64,000 bases of DNA, from assembly GCA_040391295.1 (NCBI GenBank), contig JBEBYB010000006.1, positions 16-64,015 on the forward strand. The letters run 5' to 3'. Made by a program: the position numbers and the translations under genes. The stretch comes from Phenylobacterium sp. GTDB taxonomy: Bacteria; Pseudomonadota; Alphaproteobacteria; Caulobacterales; Caulobacteraceae. Of this stretch, positions 57,452 to 64,000 are shown piece after piece. A model generated the notes under the pieces. It worked only from the letters and a program-made list of their open reading frames with translations, searched no databases and was not told where the DNA came from. Within the stretch, counting starts at the first letter, position 1, and each line of letters starts with the position of its first letter.

Positions 57452-59688
57452 ATCACTCCTGCGTCTTGAGCCGCGCCAGGCGCCAGCTCGGTGTCGGGCA
57501 AGGCTTTCGCCTTGTCCGCCGTCGGTAGTTTCAAGATCGCCCGAGCGCCCTGCCCCTGAACCGCATCGGTCAGAATCAGTTCGCCCCCATGATCTTCGAG
57601 GATACGTTTCACGATGGCCAAACCCAGCCCCGTGCCTTTTTCCCGGGTGGTCACATAGGGCTCGGTCAGGCGATCGCGGTCCTTATCGGGCAAGCCCACC
57701 CCGTTGTCCTCGACCTCGATCTGCACGCCCTGTTCGTCGCAGATCAGACGCGTGACGATCCTGCCCTTCGGCTTGGGCGAGACCGCGGTCCGGGCCGAGA
57801 CCGCCTCGGCGGCGTTCTTCAGCACATTGGTCAGGGCCTGGGTCAGCATGCGGCCGTCGGCGATCACGGTCGCTTCCGGCACCGGATCGGCCAGTTCGAC
57901 AGAGATGCCGGGACTCGCCACGCGCTGGGCGAACACGGCGGCCCGGACCAGCTCAGCGCCGTCCTGCGCGGCGAACTTGGGCGCGGGCATACGGGCGAAG
58001 GACGAGAACTCGTCCACCATCCGGCCGATCCCGTCGACCTGCCGCACGATGGTGTCCGTGCAACGATCGAAGATTTCCAGGTCTTCATCCGCCACGTCCT
58101 TGCGGAACTTGCGCCGCAGACGCTCGGCCGACAGCTGGATGGGCGTCAGCGGGTTCTTGATCTCATGGGCGATCCGCCGCGCCACGTCGCGCCAGGCGGC
58201 GTTCCGCTGGGCCGAGACCAGGCGGGTGATGTCGTCGAAGGTCAGCACCAACCCGCCTTCAGAGCGGCTGGCCCGGACCCGCAGCCGATGCGTCTCGCGA
58301 GAGCGGACGACGTCCACTTCCTCCTCGGCCTCACCGGCGATATCGCCATGCTCGGCGATGATCACCAGTTCAGGCGCAACCTCCGAGAGCTTGCGGCCAT
58401 GAACCTGGCCAGAGACCAGGCCCAACAACGCGGCGGCCTGGCGATTGATCGCCGAGACCCGGCCGTCGGCGTCCAGGCCGATAACCCCGGCCGACACTTC
58501 CGACAGCACCGTCTCGATAAACTGCCGACGCTCCTCGGCCTCGTCGCCGGCCCGCTTCAACGCTTCTTGTTGAGCCTGAAGATCGTGCGTCATACTATTG
58601 AAAGCACGGGACAAGACCGCCAATTCCTCGGGGTCACGATCCGCGTCGACCCTGACGTTCAAGTCTCCGCTCGCAACACGCCCGGCGGCGACCACCAGAC
58701 GCCCGACCGGCGCCGAAATAGCGCTGGCCGCGCCCATGCCGAGCCATACCGCGCCGACCAGAACCAGCATGGCGGTTTCCATGTAGGAAAGCGCAAAAAC
58801 GCGTTGAATTCGTTGTCGACTTTCGGCCGCCTCGCGATAGGCGGTGACCGAGTTCGAAGCGTCTTGAAGCTGGCTGACGATCCCCTGCTGGACCGGTCGG
58901 GTGATATAGAGATAGGCGTCCGGATAGGCCGACAGCTTGTAGAGCGCCCGCGTCAGGTCGGTGGAGACATAGATCACCGCGTCCTCGTCCGCGGCCGCGA
59001 AACTCGCCAGCGGCGGCGCCAGGAATTTCGGCGCATCGACCGCCTCGGCCCGCGCCAGAATGCGACCCTCGCGGTCGATCAGATAGGCGGCCGGAAAGGC
59101 GTGATAGGAGGCCTGTAAGCCCAGGAAGTGACCGAAGGTGACGGGACTGGCCTGCAGCGCCGGCGCCGCACGGTTCAGATCCTGCGCCATCAGGAACACG
59201 TGCTCTTCAACGAACCGCGTCTGGTCCTCGACATAGGAGCGCATCACCGTCGCGGCGTTCTCCACCACCGTCTGCACCCGCTCGGAGAACCAGTTCTCGA
59301 CGCCTCGATTGACCAGCACCGTATAGAACAGCGCCACGACCATCGCGGGCGCGACCGCCGCCAGGGCGAACAGGGTCACGAATCGAAGATGGAGCCGCGC
59401 CGCCGGATCGCTCGAGCGCGCCTTCAGCATCCCCATGATCCGGAAGCCGACCTGGGCGGCCAGCGCCAGGATCAGCACCAGATTGAACGCCAGAATCGCC
59501 AGGATATTCTTGGAGGCCGGGGCCAGGGGGCCGGTCTCGGGCGGCGAGGCCGCCAGCGAAATCGCCACCGCCGTCAGCAGCGCAGCCAGCGCATATCCGC
59601 CGCCGAGCACATAGCGCGACTGCAACGCCCGCCATATCCGCGCGGCGGGCTCCACTTCAGTTCCGCCATCGTGAACTTGGGACGCCAT
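57448..59688 (-). CDS. ntrY: sensor histidine kinase NtrY
   Basis: 746 aa. Multiple N-terminal TM helices, HAMP, PAS, H-box [12 protein letters not shown] and an HATPase domain. 4-nt overlap with ntrX. Confidence 0.92.
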   Translation of the reverse strand: MASQVHDGGTEVEPAARIWRALQSRYVLGGGYALAALLTAVAISLAASPPETGPLAPASKNILAILAFNLVLILALAAQVGFRIMGMLKARSSDPAARLHLRFVTLFALAAVAPAMVVALFYTVLVNRGVENWFSERVQTVVENAATVMRSYVEDQTRFVEEHVFLMAQDLNRAAPALQASPVTFGHFLGLQASYHAFPAAYLIDREGRILARAEAVDAPKFLAPPLASFAAADEDAVIYVSTDLTRALYKLSAYPDAYLYITRPVQQGIVSQLQDASNSVTAYREAAESRQRIQRVFALSYMETAMLVLVGAVWLGMGAASAISAPVGRLVVAAGRVASGDLNVRVDADRDPEELAVLSRAFNSMTHDLQAQQEALKRAGDEAEERRQFIETVLSEVSAGVIGLDADGRVSAINRQAAALLGLVSGQVHGRKLSEVAPELVIIAEHGDIAGEAEEEVDVVRSRETHRLRVRASRSEGGLVLTFDDITRLVSAQRNAAWRDVARRIAHEIKNPLTPIQLSAERLRRKFRKDVADEDLEIFDRCTDTIVRQVDGIGRMVDEFSSFARMPAPKFAAQDGAELVRAAVFAQRVASPGISVELADPVPEATVIADGRMLTQALTNVLKNAAEAVSARTAVSPKPKGRIVTRLICDEQGVQIEVEDNGVGLPDKDRDRLTEPYVTTREKGTGLGLAIVKRILEDHGGELILTDAVQGQGARAILKLPTADKAKALPDTELAPGAAQDAGVI

Positions 59689-59766
59689 GATCGGGTGACC
59701 CTAGCGAAAACCGTGACCAGAATTCAACAGAGATGTGGCGCAGAAGCGTCAGTGAAACCAGATGTG

Positions 59767-59901
59767 ATGACAAGCCGGTTTTGGCGCGCTATCTATGAGG
59801 GGATGATCCCCTCGGCCAGCCAATATTCGTTTTGGTATTTTAGCTATTCCGATGCCGCTGGCGGAGGAAGGGGATCGCACGACAGGACCGTCCTGTCGTA
59901 G
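59767..59901 (+). CDS. candidate aromatic-amino-acid leader peptide (44 aa; alternative in-frame start ATG 59803 gives 32 aa)
   Basis: MTSRFWRAIYEGMIPSASQYSFWYFSYSDAAGGGRGSHDRTVLS. Codons 59824-59847 read TAT TCG TTT TGG TAT TTT AGC TAT. In the track it is buried in a 257-aa shadow ORF. Confidence 0.5.
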   Translation: MTSRFWRAIYEGMIPSASQYSFWYFSYSDAAGGGRGSHDRTVLS

Positions 59902-59942
59902 TCCGAGACCCAACAGCCGCCAGTCACCTGGCGGCTTTTTTT
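59797..59942 (+). promoter_or_regulatory. candidate transcription attenuator (alternative antiterminator/terminator structures) of the DAHP synthase gene
   Basis: CTGGCGG occurs at 59858-59864 and again at 59928-59934, and both copies are complementary to CCGCCAG at 59917-59923. GCCAGC 59815-59820 is complementary to GCTGGC 59857-59862. Local hairpins at 59797-59813 and 59879-59899. Confidence 0.55.
59915..59942 (+). terminator. intrinsic terminator 35 nt upstream of the aroG-type start codon
   Basis: Stem AGCCGCCAG (59915-59923) / CTGGCGGCT (59928-59936), loop TCAC, followed by seven consecutive T (59936-59942). Confidence 0.85.
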
Positions 59943-59977
59943 ATGCCGCCGCGTGACGCTTTTCCTGGAGCGCACCC

Positions 59978-61078
59978 GTGCCAGACCTAACCGACGACCT
60001 TCGCATCCTAGACATCAAGCCCCTCGACACGCCGGCCGAGGTGATGGCTTGCCTGCCGGCCGGCGCGACCGCTTCAGCGACCGTGGCCAGCGCCCGGCTC
60101 GCGATGCATGGCATCCTTCATGGCCAGGACGATCGCCTGATCGTCGTGATCGGCCCTTGTTCGATCCACGACCCCGTCGCGGCGATGGACTATGCGCGGC
60201 GCCTGGCCGCCCAGCGCGCCCGGTTCACCGGGACGCTCGAGATCGTCATGCGGGTCTATTTCGAGAAGCCCCGCACCACGGTCGGCTGGAAGGGCTTGAT
60301 CAATGACCCGCACCTGGACGGCACCTTCCGCATCGACGAGGGCCTGCCCCTGGCGCGCAAGCTGCTGATCGAGGTGGGCGAGCTTGGCCTGCCGGCCGCG
60401 GTGGAATTCCTGGACGTCATCACGCCGCAGTACATGGCCGACCTGGTCAGCTGGGGCGCGATCGGCGCGCGAACCACCGAGAGCCAGATCCACCGAGAGA
60501 TGGCGTCCGGCCTCTCCTGCCCGGTCGGTTTCAAGAACGGCACGGACGGGAACCTGCGCATCGCCGTCGACGCCGTCAAAGCCGCCAGCCAGCCGCACCA
60601 TTTCCTGGCGGTCGGCAAGGATGGCCGCGCCTCGATTGCGGCCACCCGAGGTAATGTCGACAGCCACGTCGTCCTGCGCGGCGGCAAGACCCCGAACTAT
60701 GACGCCGCCGGCGTCGCCGCAGCCTGCGCCGAACTCGCTTCCAGCGGGCTGCCGCAGAACCTGGTCATCGATGTCAGTCACGCCAACAGCCTCAAGAAGC
60801 CGGAGAACCAGCCGGCCGTCGCCCGTGACGTCGCCAGTCAGGTCGCGGCTGGCGACCAGCGCATCGTCGGAGTGATGATCGAAAGCCATCTGGTCGCCGG
60901 CCGCCAGGACCTCGTAGCCGGCCAAGCGCTGACCTACGGTCAGAGCATCACCGACGGCTGCATCGACTGGGACACCTCGGTCGAGGTGCTGGAGGAACTG
61001 GCCATGGCGGTCGAGGCTCGTCGACGAGCCAAAGTCGGCATCGCGACCACGACGACGGCTAAGATCGGCACCGTCTAG
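59978..61078 (+). CDS. aroG: 3-deoxy-7-phosphoheptulonate (DAHP) synthase, class I
   Basis: 366 aa, GTG start with GGAG at 59967-59970. Class I-alpha sequence (GPCSIHD, KPRTTVGWKGL, IGARTTESQ, VMIESH). The feedback specificity (F/Y/W) cannot be told from the sequence. Confidence 0.92.
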   Translation: MPDLTDDLRILDIKPLDTPAEVMACLPAGATASATVASARLAMHGILHGQDDRLIVVIGPCSIHDPVAAMDYARRLAAQRARFTGTLEIVMRVYFEKPRTTVGWKGLINDPHLDGTFRIDEGLPLARKLLIEVGELGLPAAVEFLDVITPQYMADLVSWGAIGARTTESQIHREMASGLSCPVGFKNGTDGNLRIAVDAVKAASQPHHFLAVGKDGRASIAATRGNVDSHVVLRGGKTPNYDAAGVAAACAELASSGLPQNLVIDVSHANSLKKPENQPAVARDVASQVAAGDQRIVGVMIESHLVAGRQDLVAGQALTYGQSITDGCIDWDTSVEVLEELAMAVEARRRAKVGIATTTTAKIGTV

Positions 61079-61091
61079 CTCCCCCCATAGT

Positions 61092-61203
61092 TCGTCATGG
61101 CCGACCTCTTGTGTCGGCCATCCATAGACACCAAGGTCGACGACTTGCCTGAGCGGTCCGCGTGTATGGATCACCGGGACAATAGCCCGGTGATGACGAG
61201 CTA
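61092..61203. repeat. ~112-bp palindromic repeat element with two internal 9-bp hairpins
   Basis: Termini TCGTCATGGC (61092-61101) and ATGACGAGCTA (61193-61203), which are inverted and shared with the copy at 53480-53517. Internal hairpins at 61097-61121 and 61170-61194. CCATAG direct repeat at 61085-61090 and 61122-61127. Confidence 0.6.
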
Positions 61204-61229
61204 GAATGTGTCAGGGCCGCTGCTCGAAC

Positions 61230-62660
61230 CTAGCGGCGGCCCCGGCTCATCTCGACCCCGAGGTCCTGGATCTTCTTGCGCAGGGTGTTGCGGTTGAGGC
61301 CCAGGATCTCGGCGGCGCGGACCTGATTGCCGCGGGTGGCCGTAAGGGTGAGCTGGATGAGAGGGCGCTCCACCTCCTCCAACACCCGATCATAGAGGCC
61401 GATCGGCGGTATCCCGTCGGGCTGCTCGGCGAAGTAGCCGCCCAGGTGGCGCTCGACCAGGGCGGCCAAGGTGACCGGCCCCTCCTGCCCGGGGATCACC
61501 GGCTGATGGTCGGCCAGTTCGCGCTCGACGATCCGGGCGCTGATCAGGTCCTCGGCATAGAGCGCGCAGATCCGGCGGATCAGGTTCTCCAACTCGCGCA
61601 CGTTGCCGGGCCAGGCGTGCAGCTTCAGGCGCTCCAGCGCCGCGGCGTCGATGGTCTTGGACGGCAGCCCCTCGCGGTTGGCGCGCAGCAGGAAGGCCCG
61701 CGCCAGGTCCGGAATGTCGTCGGTGCGGTCACGCAGCGGCGGCAGGCGCAGCGGCGCGACATTGAGGCGGAAGAACAGGTCCTCGCGGAACAGGCCCTGC
61801 TGAATCAAGGCCCGCAAATCGCGATTGGTCGCCGCGATGACCCGCACATTCGGCGGCCGGCCGGTCCGGGGATTGATCGACTGCTCCGATCCGTCGATCA
61901 CCCGCAGCAGGCGGGTCTGGGCGTCCAGCGGCATGTCGCCGATTTCGTCCAGAAACAGAGTGCCGCCGTCGGCGTCCACCAACTTGCCGTAGTCGCCGTC
62001 GTCGCGGCCGAACAGTTCGGCCTCGACCCGTTCGCGTGGCACCGCGGCCAGGTTGATCACCACGAACTTGCCGTCCTTGCGACGGCCCATGTCGTGCAGG
62101 GCGCGCGCGACCAACTCCTTGCCGGTTCCGCTCTCCCCCAGGATCAGCACCGTCAGGTCCGCGCCGACCAGCCGGGCGATCGTGCGATAGACGTCCTGCA
62201 TCGGCCCCGAGCGGCCGATCAGCGGCAAGCGTTCGTCGCGCACCGCGCGAGCCTGGGCCTTCGAGGCCTCGGCGTCGGCCGGCCGCGACAGGGCCCGGCG
62301 CGCAGCGGCGGTCATGTCGTCCAGATCGAAGGGCTTGGAGATGTATTCGAAGGCGCCGACCTCGGCGGCGCTGACCGCCGTCAGCAAGGTGTTCTGCGCG
62401 CTCATCACGATGACCGGCAGCTTGGGCCGCTCCTTACGGATGCGCGGCAGCACGTCGAACACGTTTTCGTCGGGCATCACCACGTCGGTGACGACCAGAT
62501 CGCCCTCCCCGTCCGACACCCATTTCAGGAGGGTGGTGGCGTTGCCGGTGGCGCGGACCTGGTAGCCCAGCCGGGTGAAGGCCTGGCTCAACACCAGCCG
62601 GATCGAGGCGTCGTCATCGGCGATCAGGATTTTCTTGCTGGCGTTGGCGGTAGCATTCAT
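61230..62660 (-). CDS. ntrC: response regulator NtrC (REC-AAA+-HTH), GAFTGA-less
   Basis: 476 aa. Receiver domain, Walker A GESGTGKE and a C-terminal Fis HTH ([22 protein letters not shown]). The loop between ELFG and GGTLFLDE is short and lacks GAFTGA. Confidence 0.93.
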   Translation of the reverse strand: MNATANASKKILIADDDASIRLVLSQAFTRLGYQVRATGNATTLLKWVSDGEGDLVVTDVVMPDENVFDVLPRIRKERPKLPVIVMSAQNTLLTAVSAAEVGAFEYISKPFDLDDMTAAARRALSRPADAEASKAQARAVRDERLPLIGRSGPMQDVYRTIARLVGADLTVLILGESGTGKELVARALHDMGRRKDGKFVVINLAAVPRERVEAELFGRDDGDYGKLVDADGGTLFLDEIGDMPLDAQTRLLRVIDGSEQSINPRTGRPPNVRVIAATNRDLRALIQQGLFREDLFFRLNVAPLRLPPLRDRTDDIPDLARAFLLRANREGLPSKTIDAAALERLKLHAWPGNVRELENLIRRICALYAEDLISARIVERELADHQPVIPGQEGPVTLAALVERHLGGYFAEQPDGIPPIGLYDRVLEEVERPLIQLTLTATRGNQVRAAEILGLNRNTLRKKIQDLGVEMSRGRR

Positions 62661-63778
62661 GCCGGCATATCCTCTTCAGACGCGATCGGCAGCAGCACGC
62701 GGAAGGTGGTGCGGCCAGGTTCAGATTCGAAATCGATCAGGCCGCCGTGGCCGGCCACGAGCTTGGCCACCAGCGCCAGGCCAAGACCGGCCCCATGACT
62801 CTTGGTGCTGACAAACGGCTGAAACAGGCTTTCGCGAATGTGGGCCGGAACCCCGGGACCATTATCCTGGACTCTGATCTCCAGCGGCGCGCCCCGCAGG
62901 ACTTGCCCCTTGGCGGCGCGGACCTTCACCCCGTGGCGATAGGCGGTGCGAACCGTGATCGCCCCCCGGCCGTCGCCGCGTGAATGAGCCGCCTCGGCGG
63001 CGTTCTTCACCAGATTCAGGAAGATCTGGATCAATTGATCCTCGTCCCCCAGCGCCGGCGGCAGAGAAGGGTCGTAATGGTCGCTGAGTTGCAGGCCGTC
63101 GGCGACGCCGTTGGCCGCCAAGGCCTTCACCCGGTCGAGGACCAAGTGGATGTTGACCGGCCGGCAATCGGGCGGCGCGTCGTCGGAGAAGGCCTCCATC
63201 CGGTCCACCAGGCGGCGGACGCGGTCGGTCTCGTCGACGATCAACTGAGCCAGCGGCGCGTCTTCAGCCCCGGCGCTCGACTTCAGCAACTGGGCGGCGC
63301 CGCGAATCCCGGCCAGCGGGTTCTTGATCTCGTGAGCCAGCATATGGCCCAGGCCGACGATGGTCCGCAGGCCGGCCTGCTCGGCGCCGGTCCGCTCGCC
63401 GCCCAGCGCGCGCCCCTTGACGTGAAGCGTGAGCAGGATCGAACCGTCGCCCAACGGAGCGGCCGCGCCGTCCGCCTCGAACGAGGGGTGACCAAACAGG
63501 CTGATCTCCACGCCGCGCTCGCGGACCCTGACGCCTTCTTCCACGGCGCGGTCCAGCAAGGACACAAGGGCCGAGCCCGGCGGCAGGGCGGCGGCGAACC
63601 GCCCGCGCATCAGCAGGCCGAGCCCCTGGCCGAACAGGGCTTCGGCCGCCTCATTGACCGCCACCAGCGCCCCGCTCGGATCAACCACCAACGCCGGTTC
63701 CGGCGAGAGGTCGAAGGCCGCGGCCTTCAGCGCCTCGAGTATGGCGTCCGACGGAAGCGCGCGGTTCTGGTTGTTCAT
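62657..63778 (-). CDS. ntrB: sensor histidine kinase NtrB
   Basis: Start at ATG 63778 ([11 protein letters not shown]...). PAS domain, H-box [12 protein letters not shown] and an HATPase domain. 4-nt overlap with ntrC. Confidence 0.92.
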   Translation of the reverse strand: MNNQNRALPSDAILEALKAAAFDLSPEPALVVDPSGALVAVNEAAEALFGQGLGLLMRGRFAAALPPGSALVSLLDRAVEEGVRVRERGVEISLFGHPSFEADGAAAPLGDGSILLTLHVKGRALGGERTGAEQAGLRTIVGLGHMLAHEIKNPLAGIRGAAQLLKSSAGAEDAPLAQLIVDETDRVRRLVDRMEAFSDDAPPDCRPVNIHLVLDRVKALAANGVADGLQLSDHYDPSLPPALGDEDQLIQIFLNLVKNAAEAAHSRGDGRGAITVRTAYRHGVKVRAAKGQVLRGAPLEIRVQDNGPGVPAHIRESLFQPFVSTKSHGAGLGLALVAKLVAGHGGLIDFESEPGRTTFRVLLPIASEEDMPA

Positions 63779-64000
63779 GCCGCCAGCTTCGCATCGGGAT
63801 TGCGCCACAGCGCCGTCAAGCCGGCCTCGACCTCGCCGGCATCGTCCAGGCGGCACAGGGCCGATCGGGCGGCGCGCCGGGCCTGCGCGTCGCCAGGCCA
63901 GGGGGCGTTCTCGACATAGGCCGCCAGATGCTTGCGGAAGATGCGCAGGCCGAGGCGGTCGCCGTAGAACTTCAGGCTGTCGCGGAAATGGTCCAGAGCG
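63775..64000 (-). CDS. dusB: tRNA-dihydrouridine synthase DusB (NifR3), 3' end only (runs off window)
   Basis: Hand translation gives ...LDHFRDSLKFYGDRLGLRIFRKHLAAYVENAP...[11 protein letters not shown]. The stop overlaps the ntrB ATG (ATGA). Position upstream of ntrBC is conserved in Alphaproteobacteria. Confidence 0.78.
   Translation of the reverse strand, partial: ALDHFRDSLKFYGDRLGLRIFRKHLAAYVENAPWPGDAQARRAARSALCRLDDAGEVEAGLTALWRNPDAKLAA

Noticed and set aside
59795-59806. Mini-ORF ATG AGG GGA TGA overlapping the leader region.
   Set aside because: It is three codons long, lies within the 59797-59813 hairpin and is out of frame with the aromatic run. The aromatic-rich frame is the one with regulatory logic.
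61097-61204. 35-codon ORF (MADLLCRPSIDTKVDDLPERSACMDHRDNSPVMTS) inside the palindromic repeat element.
   Set aside because: No SD. The composition is dictated by the hairpin arms. The related mini-element at 53480-53517 does not preserve it.
1-64000. Search for defence or mobile content: CRISPR repeats, integrase/transposase, toxin-antitoxin pairs, tRNA genes as integration sites, and compositional islands.
   Set aside because: None found by eye. GC content and codon style are uniform apart from short intergenic patches. The czc cluster is the only plausibly accessory block, and it has no flanking mobility genes in the window.

Overview
High-GC (~67%) chromosomal segment of an alphaproteobacterium. 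The Hfq sequence and the dusB-ntrBC / ntrYX-dat-hfq-hflX-mazG synteny look Caulobacterales-like, judged from memory only. I found no tRNA/rRNA, CRISPR array, transposase, integrase or phage genes, and no recognisable defence island. Most of the long ORFs in the supplied track are GC-driven shadow ORFs lying antisense to real genes.

Gene content, left to right:
- A Crp-linked oxygenase operon: class II aldolase, lactate-2-monooxygenase-like enzyme and Baeyer-Villiger monooxygenase.
- An HlyD/DUF2955 pair.
- A complete kdp locus (kdpF-A-B-C-D-E) with three extra embedded ORFs.
- A DUF1446-like/DUF4387 pair.
- Glyoxylate-shunt genes: aceA, a ScfR/RamB-like regulator and glcB.
- A GltD-like Fe-S flavoprotein translationally coupled to a two-subunit 2-oxoacid:ferredoxin oxidoreductase.
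- A TonB-receptor / acyl-CoA dehydrogenase / acyl-CoA ligase operon with a divergent LuxR-type regulator.
- A MerR-controlled CDF / czcCBA metal efflux cluster.
- manC, several secreted proteins of unknown function, mazG, hflX-hfq, dat and ntrYX.
- A class I DAHP synthase, then ntrCB and the 3' end of dusB.

The most interesting non-obvious signal is a candidate ribosome-mediated attenuator immediately upstream of the DAHP synthase gene. It is a leader ORF with the codon run Y-S-F-W-Y-F-S-Y, followed by mutually exclusive antiterminator and terminator pairings. I do not recognise it as a described leader family.

Secondary signals:
- An outer-membrane beta-barrel gene and micro-ORFs embedded in the kdp operon.
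- A MerR-type 9-3-9 operator whose geometry implies a leaderless CDF transcript.
- A small repeat family with shared termini in two convergent intergenic spacers.
- NtrC and NtrX both lacking the GAFTGA loop.
- A perfect 9-N8-9 palindrome between the crp-family gene and the oxygenase operon.

All family assignments are from reading the translations. No database search was run.
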